From assembly GCF_009914755.1 (NCBI RefSeq), contig NC_060928.1: a stretch of 64,000 nt of DNA. One strand, 5' to 3'. Shown here piece by piece: positions 12,950 through 28,087 of the stretch. How positions within the stretch are numbered: position 1 is the first letter of the stretch; each line of letters starts with the position of its first letter. This DNA comes from the human T2T-CHM13v2.0 reference genome, Homo sapiens. The notes under the pieces are model-generated. The model had not been told where the DNA came from and did not search any database. It worked only from the letters and a program-made list of their open reading frames with translations. Position numbers and translations under genes: made by a program.

Positions 12950-15270
12950 TCATATAGTAGGTGAGGCTAACAATCCTGGAAATCACATATAAAACAAATA
13001 CAAGAAGACTCTGAAAGCTAGTGAGAAGTTAGGCTGCTAGGGACCTTTGGAACCAAGGAATGACACTACAATAACTTGCCTAAATTTCCTTTTCAGATTT
13101 ATTTATCTCAGGCTTAGTGCTGGAGAAGTCAACAACCTAGAAATGCCAAGGAACACAAGTTAAAAAGCTGATGAAAAGCCTGCTCTCTCCAGCTTAATGA
13201 CCAAGAAAGGGGCAGCCAAGAAAAACATAAGGCTTTTAGACAACAACCACCCTATTCCATGGAATACCACTGTTGCAGTCCCACTCCCACTCCTGTAAGC
13301 AAAAGCTGAGTGGAGAACCTAGACTTCCACCTTTCATCTTCACCAGGCCGTAACAAGACACTGTTAAAGACAAAATAATATTTAATAACACTTGTTAACG
13401 CATGGTTGGGAAGACTGTATTCAGGATCATTACATGATCCCATTGCATGGACAAGCCAAGGAGTAGAGCAGGGTCAGTGGATGGAAAATTACTAAGAGGA
13501 AACATGAGGTGTAAGAAGGATTCTGGCCAAACCAACCTAACAGGGCTTACATCACTTAGAGAATAGTGGAGGATGAGGGACTGGATCAGAGATCAAAGAT
13601 GATCAGATATTAAGGATAGAGGTTTTTGCTAGCAAAATGTAGATTTTTGCTAAAACTATATTTTAAAGGAAGTGCACATATGGACTTAGGAGAAGGTTCA
13701 GGAGCCTGAATAAATTGTAGTGAAGCAGAGAATCTTGTCAACACGCCAAACTCCCTAGCATCTTTGTGTAGATGCCAGAAAAGGATGAGTGTAAATTGGG
13801 ATCCAGGACCCTTAACCCTGCTGGGCAGTAATTAGCCTCTCCTTTGTTGATGGAAAATATGTGGGAAACCTAGATTTTACCTCATCAAATACTAACAAAG
13901 CAGCCTTCCCTCTCCCCATTGGGGGTGTCAAAGGAGGCATAGAAGAGATTCAGGATTCCTATCACCACACAGCATAATGAACCTGCACCCTATTATTTCG
14001 GCAGTGGTAACATAGGGAGCTATAATGAGATCTCCCTCCTCCTCCCAGTAAGGATAGTATCAGTGGAGGTCTAGTGTGGAGCCTGAAATACCAGCCATAA
14101 TAAGGCACTCCTTCTTTGCTGTCAAAGGAGGTTGAGTGAGGAACCTGGACTTTAATCTCCACCTGGTAATAAAAAGGAGGGTTCCTTTCTCTTGCTGATG
14201 CAGTATCCTAGACCTGCTAAAAGACAAGATTTACATAAGACCCAGCTTTTCATAACATCCCAAAAGTCCAGAATACAATGAAAAATTACTCATCATACTA
14301 TGAGGCAGGACAATACTAAAATGACAGATGGCAATAAACAGATGCTAGCACTGAGATAGCACAGGTGCTAGAATGATCTAAAAAGAATGTTAAAGCAGCT
14401 GGCATACTTAAATTTGCAATTATGAACATATCTGAAGCAAATAAAAACATCAAAAATCTCAGCAAAAAATACAAAGTCTCAGAAAAGAAATAGAAGATAT
14501 AAATAAGAAGAAAATGAACATTTTAGAACTGAAAAATATAGTACTCAAATTAAAAATCTGAAAGAATGTGCCTTATAGCGGAATGAAGAGGGCAATGGAA
14601 AGAACAAGTGAACTCAAAGACAAAACAACAGAAAACAGCCAACTTGAGAGAAAACAGACTTTAAAAAGAAATAGGCAGAACTTCAGCAAATGGAAATTCT
14701 CAAAAGATTTAACATTTTTATCACTTAAGTCTCAGAAGGAGAGAAGGAAGAGGATGGTGTTGAAAATTTCCCAACCTTGTAAAAAAGACCAAAACCTACA
14801 TATTCAAGAAGCTGAACAAACACAAACAGGATAAACAAAGAAATCCTCATCAAGATTTATTATAATTAAACTTCAGAAAACTAATGACAAAGAAAAAAAT
14901 CTTGAAAGCAGTAAGAGAGAAACTTCACTTTACCCATGAAAGCGGGGGTGGGCAATTTAAATAACAGTCAATTTTTAGTCAAAAATCATGAAAACCTGAA
15001 GGAAGTGATATCAAATTTTTCAAGTGCTGAAAGAAAAAAGGGCAATCCAGAATTCTGTATCTAGAAAAGATACCCTATAGGATGAAAAAAAAAAAAAATA
15101 CATTCTCAGATAAATTAAGAGTAGGGAATTTGTGACTGGAGGATCTACCCTAAACAAATAGCTAAAGGAAGTTTTGAAACAAGCAGAAACTGATCTTTAA
15201 AAACTTGGAAAATCAGAAAAGAAGAAAGAAGAATATAGGAAAGAAAAAAACTGTGGGTAAATATAAACCG
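12950..15270 (+). mobile_element. Old L1M (L1MC/M4-like) 5' region and decayed ORF1
   Basis: A-rich ORF1 relic (IQEAEQT; gaaaaaaatcttgaaagcag); interrupted by MER31. Confidence 0.7.
13362..13740 (-). mobile_element. Solo MER31 LTR
   Basis: Reverse complement TGACAAGATTCTCTGCTT...TCTTTAACA; perfect 4-bp TSD ACAC (13358-13361, 13741-13744). Confidence 0.88.
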
Positions 15271-15276
15271 CCAGAT

Positions 15277-16685
15277 AAAACCACAAAAGACCCAAAATAG
15301 CCAAAGTAATCCTGAGCAAAAAGAACAGAGCTGGAGGCATCACAGATCTCAAATATACTACAAAGCTATAATAAATTACAACAGCATAGTATTGGCAAGA
15401 AAACAGACATACAGATCAATGAACACAATAGAGAGCTCAGAAATAGATCTATAAAATTACGATAAACTGATCTTTGACATAGATGTCAAGAACACACAAT
15501 GAGCAAATAACAGTCTCTCTAGTAAGTAGTGTTGGGATAATTAGATATCCACATGCAAAAACAATGATATTGGATACACCTCACACTGTATATAAAAATT
15601 CAACTCAAAGTGAATTGAAGACTTAAATGTTAAACCTGAAACAGTAAAACTACAAGAAGAAAACAGAGGGGAAAACCTTCCTGTCATTGGTCTAGGCAAT
15701 GACTTTTTTGCTATCAGCCTAAAAGCATAGGCAACAAAAGCATAAACCAACAAATGGGATTGCATTAAACTAAAAAGCTTATGGGAAGCAAAGAAAATAA
15801 TCAACAGAGTGAAGAGACAACCTGTAGAACAGAAGAAAGAATTTGCGAACTATACATTTGGTAAGGAGTTAATATCCAAAACATATAAGGAGCTCAAGCA
15901 ATTTAATAGTGAAAAAAAGCCCAACATTAAAAATGGTCAAAGAATCAAAATAGATATTTCTCAAAGGAAGACATCTAAATGGCCAGAAAATATATGAAAA
16001 AAATGTTCAACATCACTAATCATCTGGGAAATGCAAATTAAAACCACAGTGAGGTATCACCCCATACTTGTTGGAATGATTATTATCAAAAAGAAAAAAG
16101 AAAACAAATATTAGCAGGAACATGGAGAAAAAGAGAATGCTTATACACTATTGGTTGGAATGTAAATTAGTAGAGCCATCACCAAAAACACTATGAAGGT
16201 TTCTCAAAAAATTAAAAATATAACTACCACGTGATCCGCAATTCTTCTCTAGGTATATATCCAAAGGAAATGAAATTACTATGTTCAAGAAATATCTGCA
16301 CTTCCATATTTACTGCAACACTGTCCACAATAGCAAAGCTATAAAAATAACCTAAGTTTTCATCAATGGTTGAATGTATTAATAAATGTGGCATATATAT
16401 ATATATATGCCACTTATTTATATAAAATACAAGCCTATTTAACCATTAAAAAAATTCTTATTTGCAACAACATGGCTGAAACTGAAGGATATTATACTAA
16501 CTGAAATAAGCCAGGAACAGAAAGACATATACTGCATGATCTCACTTATATGTGGAATCTAAAAAAGTTGAACTCATAGAAGTAGAGAGCAGAATAGTGA
16601 TTTCCAGGGTCTCAGAAGAGACAGGAGGAGATCAAATAATACAATATATTGAACTTTAAAATAAGAAAATAAAAAGAAAAAAAAT
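15277..16685 (+). mobile_element. L1MA-type 3' part (ORF2 C-terminus and 3' UTR)
   Basis: ORF2 relics (MKRQPVE...) and the 3' UTR motif ggaatctaaaaaagttgaactcatagaagtagagag. Confidence 0.85.
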
Positions 16686-16697
16686 AGAGAGTAGATC

Positions 16698-16896
16698 CAG
16701 TAGTATGCTGTAGTGGTAAATATTTAACAACAGGTTAAATAATCCAGAGGTGGGAAACATTGATTTACAGGGTTTGCCAATTTCTATGATATGCCAATTT
16801 TAAGCTACCTATGTGGAGTATCAGCAAACACGGAACTATGAAAAGATGTGCATAATTGCCTCTTGAGATGGTGCCATTAGCTCCAGCCCACCACTG
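16698..16896 (-). mobile_element. MER63-like hAT MITE
   Basis: Terminal inverted repeats cagtagtatgctg...cagcccaccactg; internal match to MER63. Confidence 0.75.
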
Positions 16897-17032
16897 GGTA
16901 GACACTGAAAGCAATACTAAAATAATGCTTTAGCAAACAGCAATATTACTAGAATTGCAACATAATTGTTTTTCATGTGTACCATTTATTTTTGATAAAT
17001 TTTTTATTAAAATCATTTCTATTATTTCATAG

Positions 17033-17290
17033 TTACTTCAGACAGAAATCCATTTGAGAAAGTAGTAGATCAATGCCTGCAACAAATGCACACGTAACAC
17101 ATCTAAACTATGTCAGCCATTTGGGTTCCTGATATACTTCACAGAAGGAACATAACTGGCAAATAAGCTGACAAACATGCCTCAGGTTGGACTTCAGGTC
17201 TTCTTTTTCCTGCCAGATAATATACGCAACCAAAGAGCTTGGAAAGAGGCACAGTTGGGGAACTTGTCTATTCTTTGTCAAAATTTGTTA
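17033..17290 (+). pseudogene. Pseudo-exon, AAA2 N-terminal half (3' end approximate)
   Basis: tttcatag|, phase 1 matching the previous exon; TSDRNPFEKVVDQCLQQM, ITGK*, YTQPKSLERGTVGELVY (cf. NPKSxTxxELYG); four stops. Confidence 0.65.
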
Positions 17291-17627
17291 TAATTTTCAT
17301 CACTGAATAACCAGAATAAAGCTTGGTGCTAGTATCTTTTTCAATCTGGAAGAGAAAAATTATGTTGACTGAAGTATCTCCCATTATCACCAAGATGATC
17401 ATATAAACTGAAATGTAATGACTGTGTATGGATCATAAGTTACAATAATCAGAGTGTAAGTGTTATTACTGACTATGTAATTTAACTGGGTCAATTCTCA
17501 GCTTGTAAGAGCAGCTGGGCATCATCATCAGTTGAGAAAATAAAAGTACCATCATAGAAATCTACAGAACAACTACTAGACTGAGAATCACAGTGCAGAA
17601 ATTGCAGCTTATCAAGAAGAAAGATAC

Positions 17628-18058
<431 letters not shown>

Positions 18059-19013
18059 TCAGAGATCTTATATCATAGAAATTGTTTAAAATTTTGCAGA
18101 GAGGGGTATCATGTCTGAATGCATTAGTTGCATTCAGAAATAACGAGTTAGGCTTTTTGAACTCAAGTGAAGAATTCAGAATAAGTGTTCAGTCTTCTAC
18201 ATCTCTTCCAAAATAATATCTAGACTCATTTCCTGTATGAAAGTTAATGATCTGGAATTATGCCCTATTTATATGATTTATAATGCAGCCTTTTTTTCTA
18301 AAATATTGTTATTAATTTTCAGAACATGTGCCAGAAATGTCTCTTTCCAAATTCACATTTCTGTAATAAATCTGAAAATATTTGCCCCAACATATTATAA
18401 ACTTACTTTTAACCTCTTAAATTCTTATATTAAAATATTCTAGGTTCGAATTTATTTACAATTCACTACAAGATTAACACATAGTAGATTTTCCTTTCAT
18501 TGTTAGCTTACGTATATATAGTACAACTTTGCTTTATGCAAAAATATACTCAATATTGGATTTGTAATAATAATTTTAATTTTAATGTGATCAATTTAAA
18601 GTCAATATACCTGTACTACTTGGGCTCGGAATTTTTTTTTTAATTTTTGATATATTTACTAAATTTAATTTATTTCTAAGAAGCAATATAAATGCTACAA
18701 TCTTACAATATATCTTTCTAATTCTATTATTCTACATTATTCATTATTAAAGAATATTTTTTCTTCTTACATGGAAGACCTAGATCTTATTCCTTATGCA
18801 CTGATTGATTTCCCAGCTCATTGGCCTCTGCATCTCCAAGGGAGGGTTCTTAGTTCATTGTGCTATTCTACTCCCTGAGCATAATTCTGTATCAATGTTC
18901 TCCATTGCTCTTGGATCAGACTTCTGTGCCCTTTCATCTAAAAAGCAAATTATCGTGATAAACTATGCACAATGACAGATTTCCTATCTGAGGACCAAGG
19001 TGTCAGAGTAGGA

Positions 19014-19123
19014 CAGGGATCAGCAAACCATGGAAGACCCCTGTCACAACAGGAAACACATAGCTCTCAAAGCCTAAAATTTTACATCCTGGCTCTTTAC
19101 AGAAAAAAATTTACTAACCCATG
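19014..19123 (+). mobile_element. Internally deleted MER58A
   Basis: cagggatcagcaaac...aaagcctaaaattttac...tttacagaaaaaaatttactaacccatg. Confidence 0.7.
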
Positions 19124-19269
19124 CAAAACACTCGATTTTTTTTGTTGTTGTTACATAGAAAAAGTTATCTAACATAAAGAAACATGGATAAATTATTTTA
19201 CTGGGAGTGGGAAGTTATTCTAATTATGATTAAGAGTTCAGAGAATGTAAGGTAAGTGAGTGGTAATTT

Positions 19270-19545
19270 TGACGAAATAAAAATCAAAATGTTTTGCATG
19301 AAAAATGATAATAAATGAGAAAAATATTTTTTCAAGTGATATCACTGATAAAGAGTTAATATCTCCAATATGTAGACTCCAAAAATAAAGAAGGAAAAGA
19401 CCAATACATTCTAAGCAAGAAAAACAGCAAAAGATATAAATAAAGAAACATTTATTATTGCACATAAAAATTATCAACCTTGCATACAATTAAATAAACG
19501 CAAATTAAAACTGCACTGAAATATGATGTCTTACCTATCAAATTA
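19270..19545 (+). mobile_element. Old L1M ORF2 3' fragment
   Basis: ctgataaagagttaatatc...gcaaattaaaac. Confidence 0.6.
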
Positions 19546-19754
19546 CCCATTTGTCCCTATACTCTTCTAGGGTTTTGGCTAATACCCTTGGTAGGTTCTC
19601 AGCCAACAAATACTGTGAACCACCAGCCTCAAGATCACTCTAGCCTTCAACATCTTGTATTCTAGCTAAGAGCCCAGGTATTAAGAAAAGGGACAAGCTA
19701 CCCTACTGTCACCTCTCAACTTTCTGTCCCATACAATCCAAGAGCATAATACTA

Positions 19755-20740
19755 TAGGTCAAGTATCGCTTATCTGAAACACTTTGGACCAAAAGTGTTT
19801 CAGATTTTGAATTTTTTTCAGATTTTGAAATAATTGCATATACATAGTGAGATATATTGGGGATGGAACCTAAGTCTAAACATATCATTTATTTTTTATA
19901 GACATCATACACACATAGACTTAAAGTAATTGTATATGCTATATTTAATAACTGTGTACACAAAACGAAGTTTGTGTCCACTGAACCATCAGAAAGCAAA
20001 GGTATCCCTATTTTAGTCACCCATGTGGACAATTTGTAGTTGTTGGACATCATCATCATTCCTGACTTGTAGTTTATAAGCTACTCATAAGCAATCATTT
20101 GCCTGCACGTATTCACACATAAGTACTATAAGTAAAAATAATGACACACTATTAGTAAAGTGAAAAATTCAGCAGCACAGCAGCAGCACCAGAACCCCTG
20201 TACCAGCTGGTAGACAACAGCCATAACCATCAACAGCAGGTTTGCAGTTCCCACCTACAATCCTGTGTTTTGATTAAAAGGTTGTCGTACACTGCATGTT
20301 AATTGTTTTAGGTGATAAGAAATATCGGCAGCAGTTGAGGAAAAAGAAAGTGTGTCCCCTAGGGATAAGAAGGCATTCTATCAGATGGCTTTTTAAAATG
20401 TGTCTTTTAGAGTCGTCTGCCTCATTAACAATGGTATTTGTCTTAGAAGTCTCTCTCTGATTTCATAAACTGACATGGTTTCTTGTCCTATCATACATAC
20501 ATACTGCTCTAGTGCTTCGTAAGCACATCACACATTTTTTTGCCATGTCATCTATAGGCACTTTTCCTGCAGTGTTAATGACATCATCTTCATAGTTGTG
20601 TGCCTGCATTCTGACTGTGACCCATCGCATGAGGTTAGGTGTGGAGTTTTCCACTTGTGGAGTCATGTCAGTGTTCAAAAAGTTCTGGGTTTTGGAGCAT
20701 TTTGAATTACAGATTTTTGGATTTAGGGATGCTCAAACTG
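19755..20740 (-). mobile_element. Tigger4 (Zombi) internally deleted DNA transposon
   Basis: Both TIRs (taggtcaagtatc / gatgctcaaactg) flanked by TA; transposase C-terminal relic (EDDVINTAGKVPIDDM) on the minus strand. Confidence 0.85.
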
Positions 20741-21669
20741 TAACAGTTTTACACCAATAAATTTCTAGTAATTTTTTATGAAGTCATAGTAATTGGATAT
20801 TATATTTCCAAAAGTATATCAAGAAAAATCTTGAGGTAAAAACTTTAAAAAATAAATTAATATAGGCACCTAAAATATAAGTACCATATTCTGAATTAGG
20901 CTAAAATAGTATTTCCACATAGCAACAATTTTCTAGTGGAACATAAATTATACACCACTGTAAATGATACATCACTAGAATCTGATGCTATAAAGGCAGT
21001 ATCTTAAAATATGGGAAAATAAAGATGAAAGTAATCCTAAAGATTATCTTCCTTTAGATTTCTTATTTTACTTAACAGTAAAATAAGAAACAGTAAATGT
21101 GAAAAAAATTTCTAAAAAATCCTCCTGCTTTTTTATAGTAGTTTTTAAATGAAAGCAATATTATCCTGTATAATTGATATTAAATTTTTTTATAGAAACA
21201 GTCACCTAGGCAACAAAACCCCATAAAATAATATAACAATTTGGGATATGTTTTTCATCTTTCTTCTTAAGAATAAGCCAAGAAAAATAGTTTTTGATTT
21301 TAAGATGTTAGTGGGGTCATTGTTAGAATAATATGATTTAGAAAATAATAACACATATATTTAATAGAAATAAGCTTCTGAAAGAAGGGAAGATGCATTT
21401 CAAAACATTCCGTCTTTGTAGATGGAAAGTCTTGGATAACCACGATGTGAAACAAACCAATGCTAGAAATTTAATTCTTCAGCATGGAGGAAGATCATAA
21501 GGATACAAATATAAGCAAGATACCTACTTTTGCACGGTGATAAACACAATTCTCAATAACGCATAAAATGTCATAATGGAGTTATAGTATTATTTATAAT
21601 TAAAACAGGAGCATGGAAATTATGTTGTTTATTTATAAAAGAAAATGATAAATTATAATATATACAGGA

Positions 21670-22600
21670 AAGTTTACTTTTCTTACTCAGCTCAAACTAA
21701 GTCAGCAGAGATCAGGATCTTGATAACATTACTTATATGACCTTCAGATGTCTGGCTGCCCTCTTGGTTGATGGGGTAACTGGGCCACATGTTTGCAGAT
21801 TACTCAGGTTAGCCTGTCTTTTTTTCACATGGTGGTGGTCTAAGACTTTCTAATATCATCAAGTTGACAAGTCGTAATATGCATGTACTCTACAAATCTC
21901 TGCTCCTGTCCCAGTGGTAATGCATCATTGGCCAAAGCAAGTCGTATGGCCAACCCAGAGCCATCATTATGTCTTTCTGGGAGGTCAAAATTTGTAGTCA
22001 ATTTTACAACCCACAACAGCTCAGTTTTTGGCTACATATATTTATACTTCTCCTGTAAGCAAAGTAACCCAACACAAAATAACTCAAAATAAATTCCATG
22101 CTCCTGTAGGCAACATTCCCCAACACGGGACTCTCTCATTTAATCAAATATGGCATGAGAGTTGCAATCTGGATGCATATGAGGATGCTCTTGATGTGGA
22201 GGCCTATGGGTAAGTGACCTTTTATAACATACTCAACAGGCTAGACAGGCACGGGAACACCTGATATGCATTCTTATTCAGATAGAAGAACAAAGGGAGT
22301 CACATAGTCACTGGCCACAGCAATTCCAAAGTCTTGCTAGGAAAATATTGCCAGGGCTCTCTATACTGGGGACAGGAAATATTCTATGAGTATGGCCTAG
22401 CGATAATCCCTGGAAATAGGCCCCCGTCCACTAACCTTTTTACATCCCTCAGAATATTTTCCAGTGTCATATTTTTCTGTTCCTTGGGAGTGCCTCTCTA
22501 TTTAAATGTTCACCACTGCCCATGATTTAGCTTTTTGTATTTTGTTCTCTCCCTTCTGAGATATACTTCATATTTCATAAGGCATAGACCATCTTGGCAA
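21670..22600 (-). mobile_element. MLT1-family LTR with adjacent internal fragment
   Basis: cattggccaaagcaagtcgtatggccaacccaga motif; boundaries approximate. Confidence 0.6.
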
Positions 22601-22601
22601 C

Positions 22602-23098
22602 TGTGGTAAATTAAAGAAGGCAGTAAATTCTTTGCCACCTTTCCCACCTATTTGCTTTCTTCTGGAATTTGTGCTGGCCCTTGGGACTAGATTTGATTAA
22701 TAGAGTGTGGCAGAAGAGATGTTTAACCCTGGGCATGGGCTGTAAGACATACACAGCTTCTGCTTTTTTCCTACATAGTACAATCCCTCTCAGAAATCAG
22801 ATGCCATGTAAGAAGTCCAACTATACTGAGATAACCTGTAAGGAAGGCCAAGTTAACCATATAGAGATAGAGGCCACTGTAGGAGCGAGGTGCCAGACAT
22901 GTAGGGAAAGCTTTATTGGATCTTTCAGGCCACTACAGCTTCCTGCTGAATGCAATCAAATGAATGACCCCAGTTAACAGAACATACAGCAGACTAAACA
23001 TCCAGCTAACCCAGTCCTAAGTCTTGACCCACAAAATCAAGGGTTAATTAGAGTAAATTAAGTTTGAGCAATTCATTGCATAGAAATAGATAACAACA
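22602..23098 (+). mobile_element. MLT1G/H-like LTR
   Basis: tgtggta...gccatgtaagaagtccaacta...tgacccacaaaatc...aatagataac. Confidence 0.75.
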
Positions 23099-25471
23099 AG
23101 AACAGCAGCAAAAAAAATGGGTAGCATTCTCAATATGCTTGCTGCTTATGAAAAGTTAGAGGCCTAGAAACTTCTTTTTAAAGAATTATATTCTTTTGTA
23201 TGCCAAGATTGTGATAATTTAATTAGCACAATTCTTTAAAAGCTTTATCCCCTGTCTATGAATATGATCTAGGTGCATGTTTATTGCTTCAAGGCGAAAT
23301 CTGTGATTCTTTTGAAGACAGGTGGTGCTCTAAGACTTTCTCTACAAGAGATGTATCAATCTTCAGTAGGAAAAAACACACATACAATTCTGAGAAGCCC
23401 TCTTCTTTAGTTGAAGGGTCTTAGGCACTAACTTAAATCTAATAGAAATTTTTAAAAAGATCTTGAAATTTTTTCTGCACCCCTAGACCTTGTTTTACTT
23501 TTTGTTTGGGGAGATTTTTACTGACCAAAGACTCTGAAGATAACAAACAGATTCATTTGTTAACTCGGTGCTTCTCTATTTCCTCTAAATTCTGCTTGCA
23601 AACTGAATAGTTTATTCTTTAGCTCATCTCTTTTTGTATCTTTTCATAGACAGCTAAAATAGATCAATTGATACTTCATATATTTATTTGGCCTAGAAAT
23701 CATCTTTCCAAAGTGGCTAAGTTTATTGGTCAATTTTATATCTTTCCTGTTACTGTACTTGACAGCTGCATTTTTCTGCAACTACAAATACAGTCACCAA
23801 ACTGCTGTAATAATTTATGTATTATTATTCTTCGCTCTTTCTAAATGGTTAGTATATCATTTTGTTTTGCTACACTAACAGTTTTCCAGACACTTTTTTC
23901 TGCCTCATCCAACTTTCTCATCCCCAAATCAGTGTTGTTTTATGTTTTTATTATGACAGTGCCTGATTTCTAAGTACTAACTTCTTTAGCAGTCAAGAAA
24001 GCAGGAATACTATGAGCATTATAGAGATACAGTACACAGTAAAGGAATTAACCTTGAAAAATGATGACTGAAGCTGAGGAAGTAAAGTTTTGGAAGCGGA
24101 AATCCGAGAGTCACTACTGAATTCAACTGAAATACTCACAAAGGTGGACATGTCAGAGTTTGCAAGCTAATAATGCAAGAAGTCAAGCATACCCAGTTAC
24201 AAAAGTGGGGCAACAGAAGGGGAATTCATGGAGATGTCTATGTGCCTTTGTAGCTTCTGCTTACAAGTTTCAAAACCCAGTATCTGGTGGTGGGTATGAG
24301 ACTGCTTCATCCAACAGGATTAACACATGGAGCAGAGGAGAATTAAGAAAATCCACTGGGCACCTCTTTGTCTGTACATAACCATATGTGACTATGACAA
24401 GTTTGCAGGAGCAATTGTTGTTCCATCTGCTCTTCTGGATCTTGCCTTAGTTTCTCTTTTGACCCATAATAATCGACTCCAGGTGAGGAGATTCTGGAGA
24501 AAGCATAGCCCTTGTTTCAATCACGTTAAAAGCACAATCCAACACAGACTCGTATGGCTCCATTTTTAATGTTTGGATCTCCTATCCATTCAGAATATAT
24601 TTTGGGGTATGATGTGAGGTATTGGGTACATTTTATATTTTGATGTAAATATGTACTAGAAAGTATTTATTTTGACCACAAATTTTAGATGCTATTGATA
24701 TATTATGTATAGTATGGTATATCACATATACCGTATTTTCATTATTTGGGGATTATTTTATATTTTTCCATTGGCCCATCCTCTATTTATAAGGCAGTGT
24801 TACAATGTCTTAATTGTAGAATTTTATTGTTTGTTTTAATATCTAATAGGACGAGCTTCTACTTTCAAACACACACACACAGCTGCTCTTTGAATCAAGA
24901 ATTTGTATTCATGCTACTAGATTCCTGGACAGAGCTCTTCAGCACCACACACACTATCTATAATCTGACCACGAAGATCCAGACTTGGAGCAAACTGACA
25001 AAAGAAGATCTGATCTCTGTATCTCAAACACCAACAAGGTGTTCAGGAGAAAAATGAAATAGAGAAAAAGAACTAGAAATAAAATTTCAGTTATTATTTA
25101 GCTTAATGAGTGCCTGTCAATCCAAAAAAAAAAAAAGCATTGATCAGATTTAAGGGACGTATATAAGACTGATGTCCCTCAGTAAATTCTAGCTCTTTTA
25201 ACTTTGACTGAAATATTGAGTGGGCACTTAACTCCATTGAGCATAGAAGATGAGTTTCAGAAATAAAGTAGATGATGCTTGTGCTACATCATTTAATAAA
25301 ACTAAATCAGACTACGTCAATTTGTTGGTGGCTTTAACAACATACTAATATAGTAAAGCACAGACCACATTGAAATGAAATAAACTCATATATTACCACT
25401 AAGAAGTACATATTTTCTTGGACTCTAAGTATTTCTTCCCTCTGAAACCACTGAACTAATTTAGTCTTTAG

Positions 25472-25534
25472 TATAAGACTAAACAAGCATGTCTACTCAG
25501 AGATGACTCTACTAGAATTCTCTTTCTGTTGAAT
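25472..25534 (+). pseudogene. Pseudo-exon, AAA2
   Basis: tctttag|63 nt|gtgagt, phase 0 to 0, open: YKTKQACLLRDDSTRILFLLN (cf. NTVLDDNKxLxLxN). Confidence 0.7.
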
Positions 25535-25764
25535 GTGAGTACATATGATTCTAGGAATAAATTTTTTTAAAAAGTGATAAAAAATATGGAAAATAAATCT
25601 CTCTAAACCCAACACAAACTCCAAGGTTTTCTCAGCTCTTCTGGAGTTTCTATTCTTGCTCCCCTTTCCTGTACATGTGGACCTTATTCAATCTAGTGAT
25701 TAAAGCACATACATGTGACTACCATCTAGGTTTTTCACTGTGATATTACTTCCTAATATTGCAG

Positions 25765-25892
25765 AATCTTCCCAACATGAATTTGAACCATCTTAATCTC
25801 AGAGTTGTCTTCAGAACTTTGGACATGACTGTCATGTCCCCAAATCAGATTTTCTGGAAACACTGTGAACTTTATAATTAAGTCCAATGTTG
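25765..25892 (+). pseudogene. Pseudo-exon, AAA2 sensor-I/Arg-finger region
   Basis: ttgcag|...TG|gcaaga, phase 0 to 2; NLRVVFRTLDMTVMSPNQIFWKHCELY vs NMRLLFExxDLxxASPATVSRCGMVY; one stop. Confidence 0.75.
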
Positions 25893-26140
25893 GCAAGACC
25901 CCTGTTTTCCATCTAACAGTTTAAAATATATTCTCTGCCCTCACTTTCAAAACTGTTTGAAGTACATAAAACATTGCTGAATGTTCTCCGTAATATTTTT
26001 GTTTCCCATTTCAAAACAACTATTTCCCAGTTTTTGTAAAATTGTTCATTTCTTAGCTCCTCCTTAGCCTTTATTTAATCCATACACTCTTAAATCTTTG
26101 CTTGGATCAATAAGATTCAATACCAAATGAAAATAGCCTT

Positions 26141-26457
<317 letters not shown>

Positions 26458-26573
26458 CTAATTTCCTATTTTGAGTAACCTGAGGATCAAGAAAAACTGT
26501 AGGAAACCTGTTTTCTTAATTCCCTCCATTACCTTCTTCCTTTCTTCCATGTAATCTAAGTTGTTTTTGGTAG

Positions 26574-26864
26574 AACTTTAAAAATTTATGTAATGAAAAT
26601 GATTTCATGAATTTTGGACACCGTGAAGAACTTGGACATGACCAAAGTTCATCAGAAAAGTTTAGGCATGAACTCAATATTAGCTTCCCAAATAAGAGAA
26701 TATTAAACCGAACACTGATTCCATGTCATGAATATTTCTCTCTATGTGGAATATGCTGACTCACTCAGTCAGATTCTATCTAATAAAGTCCAGGAGGATG
26801 CTGCCTGCGTGTATAAGCATGTTGGCAACTTAAAGCTACTGTGTAAGCAGAATTATTTTGAAAG
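26574..26864 (+). pseudogene. Pseudo-exon, AAA2 small domain
   Basis: ttttggtag|291 nt|gtaatt; symmetric phase 2; three stops in 96 codons. Confidence 0.6.
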
Positions 26865-26984
26865 GTAATTATATTCATTGACAGCCTAAACAGGACATAG
26901 AGTCATGCCAGGTAGAAAATATTGCATTATTAAACATCTGCAGCAAGAACTACATGAGAGACATCAATTGTACTTGACTCATAG

Positions 26985-27101
26985 TATCCTCAGGAGTCTG
27001 GGTTTTGGTATCTTTGGTTTGATTTTGATGTCATATAGGGAATGAATGTTACTTATAACTTGGGCCATTTTTGGAATCCTTGATTAAGGCAGTCCAACAA
27101 A
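26985..27101 (+). pseudogene. Pseudo-exon, AAA2 small domain
   Basis: catag|117 nt|gtatgc; phase 2 to 2; MLLITWAIFGILD*GS (cf. FxLIWSIGxxLDxxSR). Confidence 0.65.
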
Positions 27102-27211
27102 GTATGCAGCAGCAATTATGTTAACATTTAACATGTTTTCATTATAACAGATTGTAAAACACCAAAATGTCCTCAAGTATATTTATAGATACATGTAACT
27201 CTAGGTTCAAC

Positions 27212-27241
27212 TGTGTGTGTGTGCGTGTGTGTGTGTGTGTT
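27212..27241. repeat. (TG)n microsatellite
   Basis: Direct reading. Confidence 0.95.
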
Positions 27242-28000
27242 CTTAGCAAGTCGAAACTTCAAATAAGTAAATAGGGAGGCAATTATTTATTGGATTTCTA
27301 GAATATAGACCAAAGAGCTAATATTATTGCACTTAGATAATATGGATTTTTGAAAAGAATAACCTTAGAGGAATAGCCTGAATATTTTACTCCAATTTTA
27401 AGGCAAATGAATGTTAAATCTCAACTAAATACCCCACACATGCACAATCAGGTCTCTGAAAAGATAAGGATAACATAATTAAACCACAATTCTCAAAATT
27501 GGCATACCCTTTATTTAAACTAATGATGGTTTAATTCTAATGTAGTAAATATTAACCATTTTTTTGTGAAACAACACATTTTATCAAAGTAATAGTCATT
27601 TTATTAGTTTGCTTAGCTATTGCAAAGTTGCATATACATTAAAACCAGAATTCTAGCTCTAGAGTGACTCTAGGATACTTTCAAAAAGGTTGTTCATTTC
27701 GCAATGCCATTTAAATTTCAACAGCTAGATTTGAGCATTTGGTATTTTTAGAGAGCAACGGTCATGAAAATTCTAAAAGCTTAAAAGAGAACATACCAAT
27801 TACAATTCTAAAGTTATTTCTAACATGTCTCCTACTTCGTTATTTTTGCCCTCAGCAAGCAAAAAATAATGATGTACAAAGAATATCTCAGAAAATTAAT
27901 ATATAGCCTTCTTAAATAATTTTCAGTGCATTTGGCATTTTATTTTATATTAAATTTATTCTAAAATCATCTAATGCTTATTTTTTATCCCATTTTGTAG

Positions 28001-28087
28001 CCATAATACTATTTTTACCCAATAGTTGTCATATTAACAGCACAATAATATGAATAACATCATGCTAATGTCATTAATTGAGAGGAG
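28001..28087 (+). pseudogene. Pseudo-exon, AAA3 start
   Basis: cattttgtag|87 nt|gtatct; symmetric phase 2; two stops; weak motif match. Confidence 0.45.

Noticed and set aside
18323-21510. Further exon candidates at 18323, 21305 and 21422 (expected AAA2 middle)
   Set aside because: Acceptor-like sites exist but frame, donor and motif match were too ambiguous to call.
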